A DNA stretch of 58,509 bases, the filler included, from Sphacelaria rigidula (lineage: Eukaryota): NCBI GenBank assembly GCA_964200075.2. It is 10 parts of 10 records of this genome, joined end to end, with 100 filler letters (N's around TTAATTAATTAA, not from the genome) between each part and the next. Parts side by side here need not be neighbours in the genome. Positions count along the whole stretch, not along the records: positions 11,725 to 17,485 come from CAXNAA020024650.1; positions 17,586 to 23,346 come from CAXNAA020024651.1; positions 23,447 to 29,207 come from CAXNAA020024652.1; 7 more parts are not named here. One strand, 5' to 3'. The notes beneath the pieces are model-generated. The model did no database searches. It had not been told where the DNA came from and saw only the letters and a list, made by a program, of their open reading frames with translations. Each line of letters starts with the position of its first letter. The stretch's first letter is position 1. A program made the translations under genes and the position numbers. Below are positions 11,725 through 23,509 of the stretch, piece after piece.

Positions 11725-14700
11725 TGGCTGCACATTGGAACAGGAGCAAGTCGATGCTACTCTTCGTCCCATTGTCTATCTGAGTCGCACCACTTTTCCG
11801 AATGAACAGAATTGGTCTGTCATGGAACAAGAGGCCGGCGCAGTTGTCTGGGGCGTGCGACGTCTGCGTCAGTATTTGTATGACATCCCGTTTTTGATCT
11901 ATACCGACCAAAAGTCTTTGGAAAGCCTTGCCAAAATAGCGGAACACAACGCTAGGGTCCAACGCTGGTTCGAAATCCTGCCGTCTTACAATTTTCAACT
12001 GAAGTACCGCACCGGTCCCCAGAATGCAAACGCCGGCTTCCTGTCACGCTTGCCCACACCGCCTGAACCTATCGATGAATCCGCCATGGGACGTATCACC
12101 GATCCCACCGAAGACATTGTATATTTCATGAGCAGGAATGGACATAGAGGTCTCTACACACCACTTTCACTGAGAGAAACGCCGGCTTTAGGCATGGGTG
12201 GGCTGACGACCACAGCCCACGCATCAGTTCTAGGCAGCTTGCAACCTCAATCGTTGTACTCAGTTTGGAATGGACTGTCTACGAATACAGTTGGCTATGA
12301 TCATTTTCGTGCAACTGGCCAGCGCATGGTTTTCGCAGCAGGTGTAGAACCGTCCTTTGCTGACTCCGTCTTACCAGTTCAAGTTCGAGATTTGATTTCG
12401 TGTAGGACTCGTGGACAGCGGACCGCCGAAACGGCCAATAAATTAGCCGTATCCGGTCCTGATCTTCCCCCCCCAGCCCCCACCCCGGTCCCCGATAGTT
12501 TCCTTGCGCCAGCGCAGCCTCCGCGACGCAAGGCCCCAAGGAAATCGACCCCGACCGTGCCGCCCCTACCAACCATAGCCGAAACCACGGCTGTGCCCCC
12601 CTCTAGTGGTAATGATATTGCAAACACCACCACAACACCCTCCACGCTAATCGACGCCGGAGTAAACGTTAACGGTTCGTCTGAGAGTACACCAACTGGT
12701 AGGCTCACCCTTGATTCCGAAATCACCGCTTCGTGCCAACCCCGCCCCGAACCGACCCAACACGAAGTCGACGCTTCAATAGATGGTGTATTCAAGGAAC
12801 GTTTGACTCTCTTCTCCCACGTCGATTGGGCCCGGAAACAACAACAGGCGGAACCTGCTTGTAAATCAATAGATGGTGTATTCAAGGAACGTTTGACTCT
12901 CTTCTCCCACGTCGATTGGGCCTGGGAACAACAACAGGCGGAACCTGCTTGTAAAATAGCTATCCATTATCTATCGAAAGGTTGTCCATGTCCATCCTCA
13001 GAAACTGAATTCCTTTTGCCAGTCGGGAATCTCAAAGCACCCACGCAGAATGAAGTTACTGAGCTTTCAAGGAAAGGTATGCTACACACGGATGGTGATG
13101 GTATAGTCCTGTTAGTCCGCCGGCCCACAACAGCCCTCCCCAGGGGGGAGCCTACAAGTCGACATGCCCGCTTGCGAGGTGATGAACCCGTCTACATCTA
13201 TGTACCGATGCTCCTGCGCCCATGGGTTCTACACGAATGCCATTCACAGGCATCGAATCATTTAGGCGCCATTAGGACCTCCCAAATGTTGGAACGTTTC
13301 TATCGGTGGATTTGTATGGACCAGTGTTGTCGATGGTGGGTGAGGCGTTGTCTTTTGTGTCAGGCGCGAAAAACGTCTCGTCAAACAGTTCGTTGGTCGA
13401 TTGTTTCCATGCCACTCCCAAACGCACCTGATGAAGTAGTGTCGTGGGACTATTTTGGTCCTTTGCCCCTGACGGATAGTGGGAATAAGTATATTTTGTT
13501 GTTTACGGATAGATTTAGTCGACATGCGGTGATGCACGCCGTCCCCCCCAGTAGTTATACCGCGGAAGGTACCGCCAACATTCCTGTCTACATGTACATC
13601 CCGCTGTGGGGTGTGCCCAAACGCTTATTATCCGACAACGGCCCGCATTTTTCAGGCAAACTTTCTGCCGCCGTCAGTGACCTTTTGGGTGCCCATCGCA
13701 TTTTTTCTAGTTCATATCACCCTTCCACCAATGGTGGAACGGAATGAGTGGACCATACGATGGCGCAGATGCTTGCTGCTGGCGCGAATGAGAGACAGAT
13801 GGACTGGGATCTGCACCTGCCCCTACTCCATATGAACTACAACAATTCGGTCAACGCCGCCACGGGATTGTCGCCGAATAAAATTCATATTGGACGCATG
13901 CCTCGGTTACCTTTAACGGTATTCGAACGCAAAAATACAGGTGGACATCAGAGTCTGGATCGTGACGTTGTAGAGTATCATTTGTCGGTTCGCAATCGTC
14001 TCTGTCTTGCATATGAAGTAGTACGAGAACAGAACCAAATCAATTTGGCCAAGGTGGCCAGGGCGAACTCGATGTTGGATGATGTGGTGCATAAAGCCCG
14101 GTGTGGAAGGTAGGCCAATGGGCATGGGTGTATAACGATGTAAAGATCATCACTCAAGGGGCTAGCCCGAAATCGTCATGTTTGGATGAAGTGTTGAAGG
14201 CGAAACTATCCTTGAATGGGACTGGTCCTTGGGAAATTTTAGCTGTTGGTCCGAGCGCTACCGCACCCGACAAGAGTCCGGTGGGAGCGAAACTTTTGTA
14301 TTTAGATTTTTCCACGGATGAACCTGGTTTGAAACCGAAAAATCGCGTCTCGGTGCTACGATGCAAACCGTGCATCCCCCCTCATGACTCTTCTGACATG
14401 CCCAAAAAAATGCCGGTAGGGCTTAGCCAGTATGTGTTGACCAAGTATGCGATCAAAACTCCGCCGTATCATATGACGGTCTAAGATGCGGACGCACCCC
14501 TGAAACGCGTTGAGGTAGAAAGGATTTTGGGTCATCAACTGGTTCGTGGTCGTGGAGGTAAGATAGCGGTAATGTATAAAACACATTGGAAGGGTATCAT
14601 GCGTGTTACGTGGGAGGGTGAGGTTGATTTTCGTCATTTTTGTCGGGAAATATTGCTGTACTGGGTAGGAGATACCGTCCAACACCGCCCGCTGAATAAG

Positions 14701-15099
14701 AAATATCGGTCGAAGCGCAAGGGAGCTGCTGCTCGAGAACTGGCACGTGAACACTCAGCGCGGTTCGTTGTGACAGGATATAGCCTTCTTTCGCGTTCAC
14801 AATACATACAGTGTTTCCACGGGAAACGATTGCCGAAAGGGGCGTATTTTTGGTATAAGGCTCTGGATTCACTGTGGTGGTTGGGAAAAATTCATTTGGT
14901 CGACCCTGCATCTGACCACTCCTACTTTATCCGTTTCCTTGATGACCCGAGCCCCTTAAGATTCGCTTGGATGATGCGTACTACATCGAGGAGCCGACCG
15001 CTCGGAGGGGATCCTGGTGCCTCCAACGACACGACCAAGGGGAACTCGAAACAGCCGTTCTACGGAACACGGACTCCGCTTGGGATGCAGATGACTCAT
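11725..15099 (+). pseudogene. Gypsy pol 3' half: RNase H, Pro-rich spacer, integrase (HHCC, DDE), chromodomain, PWWP/Tudor-like module
   Basis: RPIVYLSR...EQEAGAVVWGV...YTDQKSL; CHSQASNHLG...CLLCQARK; VSWDYFGP, LLSDNGPHF, NGGTE. Stops at 13745 and 14482; frameshifts near 14100 and 14950. Confidence 0.93.
12776..12955 (+). repeat. In-frame 90-bp tandem duplication inside pol
   Basis: SIDGVFKERLTLFSHVDWA(RK/WE)QQQAEPACK occurs twice, with two nucleotide differences. Confidence 0.95.
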
Positions 15100-18000
15100 G
15101 ATGCCGCATCCGAGTCCGCTTCCCCATTCACCTTGCGTAGTGTACCGCGTTCGAGTCGCTTGTCTTGCATTCTAGCGTCGTTGGACAACCATGTGTTCCC
15201 CCCTCTCCCCCACTTTCTTTTTTTTTTCGTACTGATTAGCCCTGTACTTGTAGCGGTTGATGTGTGCCGGTGTGTCGTGTTTAATATTTGGTCTTTCGCT
15301 TTTGTATTGTATATTCTTTGTTGTTGGGTTGCATTTTGTTTTTTGTTGCTTTGGACGCTGTTTTTTTTTTTTGCTTCGATTTTTTTTGCCGTAGTTGTTG
15401 TCTTTGTTATATTTTGTTTTCTTTTCTTTTCTTTTCGCCTCGTCCTTTGTGTTTGATTTTTTGTGTTCAATGGGTAATTTTCTTGGGTACATCTGGGTTC
15501 ATCTGGCGAAGTTCAAGTGACGATCGTTCCATTCCTGACCCTGAGTCTGGAACCTTGAACCTCCGTCCTCCGCGCCGTACATTCACAACCATTCCGTCCA
15601 CCGGAACAGTTGCCACGAGTTGACCATGCCTTCATTCGTTTTTCGTTGTACGCATATGTTGTCTTGCTTTGCTTTTACATGGTCTCTCTTTGATTTTTTT
15701 ATTTCGACGGACGGGTTTCCGGAGCAAGCGCTAGCCACACCTGACGCGCACGTCTGGAATATTTGCGCTTTTGTTCAATCGCTCTGCACGCGAGTGCCGC
15801 CTCCCTCTTCGGGACCGGTCATGACGTGTCCTTTTTTCTATTTTATTTTTTGTGTCAAATGTTGCCGGTATTTTTTTTTCTTTATTTTTTTTTTTACTTT
15901 TTCGCCCTTCGGTTGAGAGTTTTAGGAGCGAGCGCTGCATATACCTGACCTCCTCCCCGTCTGGAATAATTGCGCTGTTGCCCAACCGCTCCGTACACGC
16001 ATACCGCTCTTCTCTGCAGGATCGGTAATGACGTGTCCCCCTTTTTGTGTGCGTACCACGTTGATTTTATATTCATATGGGTTGCCTGAAATGTCTTGAC
16101 CTTCTTGGCTGAAACGTTTTGATCCTGCTTGCTTCATACACACGAAAACCGCTCCCGTTTACAAGGACGGTTGCACGTGTTGTTTTCCTGCCTTGTGGTG
16201 CGGATTTTCGTTTTCGCTGTTGCCCAGCGTGCCCCTGGATATTTATTTTGGTTTTGGTTTCTTGTCATGTCGGGAATTTCGCCACGAGTGTTCCAATGTT
16301 TCTGACCCTCGAGTCTAGAACACTTGGCCTACTTTTTTTTGCGAATCCTGCCGCATGTGACCGACCTCGTTTATAGGAGGGTCACGAGTAATGCGACGCG
16401 ATTATTTATACTTTGGTGATTGATGAGTTACAACGAGGCCACCACTGCCCGCGTCGTACATTGCGGTGTTGAAGAATTGTTATTGAAGTCGCGGTAAGAT
16501 CGGTTGCAAACGTCTCCTCATACAGGACCATCACGTATCATGATAAGGTAGGTCGCTCTTTCGGAACTGTCCGTTCCGCCATGTCGATACTCGACCGTTG
16601 GTATAGCCTACAGGCTCAGAGTCCGCCACTCGCTATTTTTTTCGGTCACTTTTACCGGTGTTTGCGTACAATTACCCGCCCTTGGAATTGGTCGGTGGTG
16701 TTTTGTTTTTATCAGGGATTATTGGACGAAGTAACGTGACGGTACGACCGGCTGTGGGTTTTACTCCAGTTCGTGTTCGGGCCAGTCTCGTTTTAGTCCG
16801 AACGGGCAAATACTGTGAGGAGTGGGTTGTTTTGGTCCTCTCTGTCCTGTGTATTTGTCGTGGTTCAGAAATGTGTTGGGAGATCCGCCTCGGAACTACG
16901 CAGTAGGCCCGAAGGCTGTGTATTTGTCACCACGTTTTTTTTTACGTGTACGGACACCTGACGTCACAAACCGGTCAGTTGTTCTCGTATCGTCGGGTGA
17001 GAAAAAAGAAAATGCTGTACGACTGGATCATCAACCAGACGTCCCCACCAAATCGTTCTCGCAAACAGGTACCGACAATTAACTCACGTCAAACGAGTTG
17101 ATTTGTCCGTATCATTCTATTTTTTTTTATTTTATTAACGTATGGTTTTCGCGGGAAACTACCATTTCCGCGACGAACTCGGCTGTACGTTGTTTGCTTT
17201 TGCTGATTGACTGGGACGAGTGATTAGCATGGACTTGGTTATCGAAGTGATATAATGCCTTGGCAGGCTTGCTTGTTTTTCTACCAATGACCCAAAACAA
17301 ATCGGACATTCGGAAAAGAGCGAAGTATTTATTCATGATATAGTTATGGCAGGGTAGGATAACCGTTTCAATGATTGGTCTCTGATTTCCTGTACCTATC
17401 ACAAAAATGCTCACGACATTCTGGAGACACTGCATTTTATGGATATGGTTTGATTGTTGATTTTGGATCTTTTTCTTTTTTTTTTNNNNNNNNNNNNNNN
17501 NNNNNNNNNNNNNNNNNNNNNNNNNNNNNTTAATTAATTAANNNNNNNNNNNNNNNNNNNNNNNNNNNNNNNNNNNNNNNNNNNNAAGCACGCTCTTTGA
17601 AAAGAGGGACGCAAAAAGAAAGGTAGAATAAACAAACATTAGAGACTGGAACCCCCCCCCCCCCCAAGAAAAAAAAAAAAAGCAAGGAGAAAAAACGGAA
17701 ACCAACAAACAAAACAAAACATAGACACCTTTCCCCTCCCCTTCCCCCCCTAGAAATGACCTGCCTCGGTAACATGACTTCAGGTGGAAAAGGTTTGTGC
17801 AAAAGCGCATGCATGTTCCTCAGAGTAGATAAGTCGCTCCTCGGGGACGAGACAGGTAGCGAGCTGTGTTGGTCATAAGAAATGACCTGTCGTGGATGTT
17901 GTCTAGGAGACCGCAATTAGTGAACCCCAGATACGCCAGGAACATGCCGTCCACACAGAAAAGATTATTCTTTCGAAATATATATATGTACATATGAAGG

Positions 18001-18448
18001 AATTGAACCATATCTCGAAGATGTGGTGTGGATCGGAAGATTTTAATCCTCCGGGTTCTCATCCTCAATGAAAAGCTTCATCCTCAATTTCGACGATCGG
18101 CTGTTATTTGTAGAGCCTCTGAGTCCAGCCGTTCATCATGGTGTCAATATGAACGCAATCGTGGCACGTGTCTCTGTAAACAAACGCAAAACCTCGAAGA
18201 CATCGGTGCGAGCGGAGGGAATGCTACGACATACCGACCGTTGCCCTCTTCCTCAATCCCGCTGCAATATTTTTACTATGCACTTTTCCTCATCGTTCCA
18301 CCCACAATCCAGGACTCTTTCTCGTGTAAGACTTTTTATTTCTTCCATATACATGAAGCTGTAATCGAGAACCATTCCTCACTACAGCTTGGCAAGGCAA
18401 GAATACCGCGACCCTCCAAGAAGACGGACGGGACCGGGGCGGCAAATA

Positions 18449-18537
18449 ATGACTCGAGCACACGAGTCATGCTTGTCGTGTTCTCAAAAAACATCCACGA
18501 GTGCACTCGTCGACGAGTAATGACTCGTCCGACGTAT
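18449..18537. mobile_element. Fragment of MITE family C
   Basis: Reverse complement of the left part of 50186-50488; lies between two copies of a ~55-bp sequence (AGCTTGGCAAGGCA.GAATACCGCGACCCTCCAAGAAGACG). Confidence 0.75.
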
Positions 18538-18855
18538 TAATCATTTCTCACGAGAGCTTGGCAAGGCATGAATACCGCGACCCTCCAAGAAGACGCATGG
18601 GACCGGGGCTGCCGCCCCGGTCCCGAACGGCTTGTATATACATGTGTTTTTGACAAGATCTGATGCTGTTTTATTGTCATAATATATTGTTTTATTGTCA
18701 CAGTTCAACATTGTTGTTGTTATGGTAAAAACATTAATGTTATCTGTCACCCCGGGAATCGATCAGGGCCAGTTGGTCGTATTTTTTGTCGGTGGTCGGG
18801 TGACGCGGTGCTTGATTTGAGGAATTACCATCAACGAGCACAATGTCTCTTGTGA

Positions 18856-19367
18856 GGGCGCTCCTTATTGCAGACAAGAATGAAGATCTCGAAAAAAAAG
18901 CGCCTTTTTGGAGCTTCTACGCCGTTTGACGCCTTAAAAAGAGAGTTAAGCGGATTTTGACACCTCGGAATACCTTGCTGTACTCGCTGAGACGATTCCA
19001 ACACACCTGTGCGTTTTTCCGGTGGCCGCAGTCTTTTTTCTTGCCCAAACTTGCACTCCTATCGGAGACCGCTCATTTCTCTCGGAGACCGGTCAGGTCC
19101 AAAAAAAATCCCAACATTTGTCTGGACTTGACTGATCTCTGAGAAAAATGAGCGGTTTTCGAGAAAAATGCAAGTGTAGGCAAAAAGAAAACTGCGGTCA
19201 CCGGAAAAGCGCACAAGTGTGCTGGAACCGTCTCAACGGCTCTACGAGTACAGTAAGGCATCCCAAGGTGTCAAAATCCGCCCATCTCTCTCTTGGGGCG
19301 TAAAACGACGTAAAAGCTCCGAAACGGCACTCCAGATTTTCATTTCTGCCTGCCACAAGGAGCGGCC
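18856..19367. mobile_element. Foldback MITE, PIF/Harbinger-like (~250-bp imperfect arms)
   Basis: Whole element is an imperfect palindrome centred near 19110; termini GGGCGCTCC...GGAGCGGCC flanked by TGA / TAA. Confidence 0.75.
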
Positions 19368-19580
19368 TAAGGCCAAGAAAAAAACAACCACACAGAAAGT
19401 TAGAGCGATTTTAATTTTACAGCAAAAAGCGGAAAATGTCATGACCCCGTTAAAAATAGCAAAAACGGCGGCATCTCCCGCCACGATTTTTGTACCTAAT
19501 GCGAAGGAGATCCTGATGAAATTTCTGCCATAAATTCCGAAAGTTATGCACAGCATGGAACTTTTTTGTGTAACACCGGT

Positions 19581-19651
19581 GCGCCCCCGCGGTCCAACTT
19601 ATGCACGAGCTTCCAATTCCAAAGGTCACGAGTTCGAATCCCGACACGACC
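19581..19651 (+). other. tRNA-derived sequence (SINE head or tRNA pseudogene), tRNA-Gly(TCC)-like
   Basis: A-box-like GCGGTCCAAC, anticodon-loop-like CTTCCAA and B-box GAGTTCGAATCC at tRNA-like spacing; the stems pair poorly. Confidence 0.5.
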
Positions 19652-20820
19652 GTTTCCTTCCCCATAATCTGGTGTTTGAGGTAATCGGCCCGAAATTATG
19701 ATATACGGGTACTGTAGTCAGAGAATTGTTTGGAGCATGACTACAATAACGTCAGTAACAAGGAATTGAGTCAACCTCGTACATACAGTACGCCATATTT
19801 CCTCGTCCAAGTACCTGTCATACAAGCATCTGACGTTTTTTTTTTTTTCAACTGTAAGAAGAACGATCACCATCAGGGATTGGATCGAGGACCAACGTTA
19901 CGGCCCAGTCCCAGTTGGATATTTGTGTCTGTGCTCGTGGTATGTGACAATCGGCTCGGAGGCCCTCTCCCATGATGGAGCTGCTGACGAACTTGATGCC
20001 CAGTACTGTATTGCACACTCTTGACTATGCGTGTCAAAGTTGTCATATGTGAGGAAGGCGTATCGCTAGAGTAGTCAGAGACCTACGGGGGGAGACTGCC
20101 GTCCTGATGCCGAAGGAACTCCGAGGCTGGCGATGATTTCCTCTTGTATATGTAGGCAAGAAGTGCGGTCAGACTTGAAGTGGTCGCCAGAGGCGACCAA
20201 GACCTCGGGGGATGTTGGACCATCCCGATATTAGGCTCTTCCTGGCATCACCCCGAGTTGTCTAGTTACGTCGGTATTACAGGGTCTTCGGTGATCTCGT
20301 CCTTCCGAACCGTTCCCACCTTGTCCTTGCTTGCGCTAGTTCTTCATACATGTGTGGCATCAGTCTGATATGTCACTGCAAAGAGATACCCTCCACACAT
20401 ACACGTAATTCCGCCGCGTTTAAAAAAAATGGAAAATAACTCCGAACACGCTCTCACGCTACGAAATGAGACGCACTCGGTACTCAATGCAGTACAAGGA
20501 CGTCATCGCTAAAACTGCGCCAATCGAACAACACGGGAGGTGTGCATACCCAGGTTGGTCTGCAGTTCACAGCGATACGCTTAAATCGGGCTGATTCGGA
20601 AAGCATGAGAAGTTGTTGTGGCACGTGCGTTTGTAAGTTTTACGACTAGCCTACCTCGTGTTCTTTGGCGGGTGAGCATCCTATAATGTATACTGTAGAC
20701 TAATACTTGGAAGTGTGACTCCATTTTTTTCGTGTCTCGGCCTGAATCGACCCCCTTTTACTGGATAGGGTATAGACGGTACGAGAGTACATAGCTCTTG
20801 CGAAGCGAACCAGGATGAAG

Positions 20821-20914
20821 AACGTGTTCGTGAGATTGAGAGTAGAGCGCTGATTGAGAGTGACTTTGGCCATTCGTTCTAACTTGGCCATTTTTTCATT
20901 CCGTGTGTGCTTTT
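20821..20914. mobile_element. MITE family B, terminal fragment
   Basis: AACGTGTTCGTGAGATTGAGAGTAGAGCGCTGATTGAGAGTG matches the reverse complement of the right end of the full copies. Confidence 0.8.
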
Positions 20915-21933
20915 CTTTGCCTCTATCAATTATTATTATTATTATTATTTCCGTCACATTAGCTCGATCTCTCGCACCCGTGGTCACAGAGTGCGAAGAG
21001 CATACCATCTATACCCATAACCCAAATAGCCCGCAGAAGAAGGCAAGAAACAAAACATCCACACGAAAAAAGGGCACCTACACTACGAAAGATCCGTATG
21101 AGACCGATTGAAGTACAGGAGACCTACTTGTACTGGAATCAGTCCCCGCGTGTGAAATGACACCGTTAGGTCGGAGAAATGTCGGTGGATTCGATTACCG
21201 TCAGATGCGTCTAGTTTCGTTTTTTTTTTGCGAAACGTCTGATTCGCGCCGATGAAAGCGGGAGGACCTAAGTAGCATGGAAATAATCTGTCTTGACTTT
21301 TTTTGTTCTTTTTGTTCAAGATAGTCCACGCGGTTGTTGCGGGAGTGAGTATGATCCGATCCACCATGCAAACATGTAAGGCGTGTGTACCGGGGGAGAT
21401 ATGAGTTTGATTTTATTAAGATCACTGATACGTCCCGGAGAAGGGGAGACGTTGCAAGTTTGATGAAAAAAAATAAACAGAGAAAAATTCCCCCTGTTGA
21501 AAGGAAGGTCCCGGGTCCATTGAGGAAGGTGATGTCTGCGGCTTCCCCGAAGTGAGGACAAGGGGCGTTGTCTCTTGATTTAGATTTAGACTGACCACAC
21601 TGTAGCCAAGTGATTGAAACCGGCTATAATCAATCCAAGTGATTGGAATGAACCATAATGAAGCAAAGTTCCCCTCGTTTCGGAACACTAGAAACAAGTA
21701 ATTTGGTCTTCTTCTAAGTCTATGTAAAGTCTAGTAATTTTGCGCCATTCCACGCGTCTGGGCTGCGTGTACCTGCGTTGCAACGCTGAAAAACAAAGCC
21801 TAGGGATTGATTCGTACGATTCGAATCACTTACACTAAAACCAAGCAATTTACTGACGACTCATTGATTTGTCCGACCCTTGTTCTGTTTTTGTTGTGGA
21901 TATGGTCGCAGGACCAAATTAAGATAACTGAAA

Positions 21934-22376
21934 TCATGAAGGGGATCGAACAGCATGTGACGAAGCTTTGAATGCGGCTCGGGATCGCGGAGTAGGCATC
22001 GTCGGAGAGATGGCGCAATTTTGCGCTCGCCAGTGATGGTGGGGAAAGGAGGCTGAAAGCGTGCGCACGTTTTCCTGCGGGGTGATCACCAATTGCTCCC
22101 AACTAAAATTGTAGTGTCAGATGATATGGTCGGCCGATGTGGACAGCGAGCAAGCAGGGTCACGCAATATTTCGGTTGGTGTATGTGAAGTAGACACACC
22201 TTTTTGGATGCGTAGGCATAGACGACCTCCTCTCCAAGCGCTTTCGGGTCGGCGGAGATGCCTGCGGAGGGTGGTATTGAAGGGGCGGTACTGCGCTGCA
22301 AGTAAGGTATCGCGAAAGATCCTGCGCCGTGTGGTGGCGCTCGAGAATGATCGATGGCGCACTCCGTCCGATGTAA
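21934..22376 (-). CDS. Candidate last two exons of an unidentified gene (22200-22376; 21934-22074)
   Basis: AG/GT-bounded phase-0 exon of 177 bp (...ADPKALGEEVVYAYASKK), 125-bp GT-AG intron, then in-frame exon ENVRTLSASFPHHHWRAQ... to a stop. No recognised domain. Confidence 0.3.
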
Positions 22377-22798
22377 CTATCTAGCTTTGTTCTGCTGACC
22401 CCGTGTGAGTGAGTGTGGGGGTGTCCGTTGCAGATTGTAGGGTTGTTTCTCTCATCATGAGATAGGATGCCGTTCCGACGACTCCTTCCCCGTGTAAAAC
22501 ACGGGGATTTGTGAAATTGTGCATGTATTTGGTTTTTGAGAAGGAGCCTTAGGAATGAATCTTCATGGACATCGAGGTATTTTTGAAAAACAAAACAAAA
22601 CTGATGCAAATATACTCTCCGACCGTGACGTGTGGCGTACAGTAGTAGCTCGTCCTACAAAGAAAAACAAAGTCAACCCGCAATTTGTAACATCCCGCGC
22701 AAAACGGGAGATTCTGAAAACTGGGAACGAACGTTTCGTACAGGAATGAACGGAGTTCCAATCTTGTTCCGAATAAGCGCAGGGTTTTTCAGTTAAAG

Positions 22799-22799
<1 letters not shown>

Positions 22800-22844
<45 letters not shown>
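22800..22844. repeat. (GT)n microsatellite
   Basis: About 21 uninterrupted GT units. Confidence 0.97.
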
Positions 22845-22847
<3 letters not shown>

Positions 22848-23446
22848 TATGAGCGAGGCCACACATCACGGCCGTACAGTGTGCATTTAATTTATATTTG
22901 GAAAGCATTCCGATGCCTACGAAGGGTCCCAATCCTCAAAAAAAAAAATTTATCCACACTTTGGAAAATACCGTGTTTGTAGGAATTGATGTACGTTCTG
23001 TAAGTGTAGTCCGTTGTGTCTTGTTACTTGGAGCGTGAGCAGCGGGTTTTGTAGATAATATAGTACTGTGCTGTATGTATCCACGAGTAGCGTACACTTT
23101 TTGCCTACTGCAAATCGGGGCCTTGTAGGAGCGTACACACTACTGCTGCGTCATGCGCTGAACAATTGTGAAAAAATATCAACAGCTGGTGCATGACAAT
23201 CGCATTATACTTTTCGTTCTTTTTGTCCCTAGAATACAGGGCAGTATGCGGTGTACGAGTGCCAGATGATTACTTTGCACCCTAAAACTCAATCACCGGG
23301 GGGGGGGCGTACTCATTTGTTGCTCGCCTTAGTCGTTTGACCATTGNNNNNNNNNNNNNNNNNNNNNNNNNNNNNNNNNNNNNNNNNNNNTTAATTAATT
23401 AANNNNNNNNNNNNNNNNNNNNNNNNNNNNNNNNNNNNNNNNNNNN

Positions 23447-23509
23447 ATGCGTGGTCAATGGTCAAATGACTAAGGCAAGCAACAAATGAGTACGCCCCCC
23501 CTATCGTAG
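23447..23509. repeat. End of a high-copy repeat (family D: ...GACTAAGGCAAGCAACAAATGAGTACG-Cn-TATCGTAG); also at 23298-23346, 35169-35220, 41143-41224, 52755-52820, 55654-55732; terminal motif only at ~29365-29382 and ~5671-5698
   Basis: Near-identical sequence in at least six places on different contigs, mostly at contig ends. Confidence 0.88.

Noticed and set aside
14950..15456. Hydrophobic env-like or transmembrane tail of the 309-aa ORF, and the Lys-rich antisense ORFs
   Set aside because: Caused by a frameshift near 14950 running into T-tracts. The conserved frame (GSWCL) stops at 15099, and the other copy lacks this tail.
19581..19651. Functional tRNA-Gly gene
   Set aside because: Acceptor and anticodon stems do not pair and the D-loop GG is missing; kept only as tRNA-derived.
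21130..21230. Second SINE-like head (GGATTCGATTACC followed by a T-run)
   Set aside because: Only a weak B-box match and no convincing A-box.
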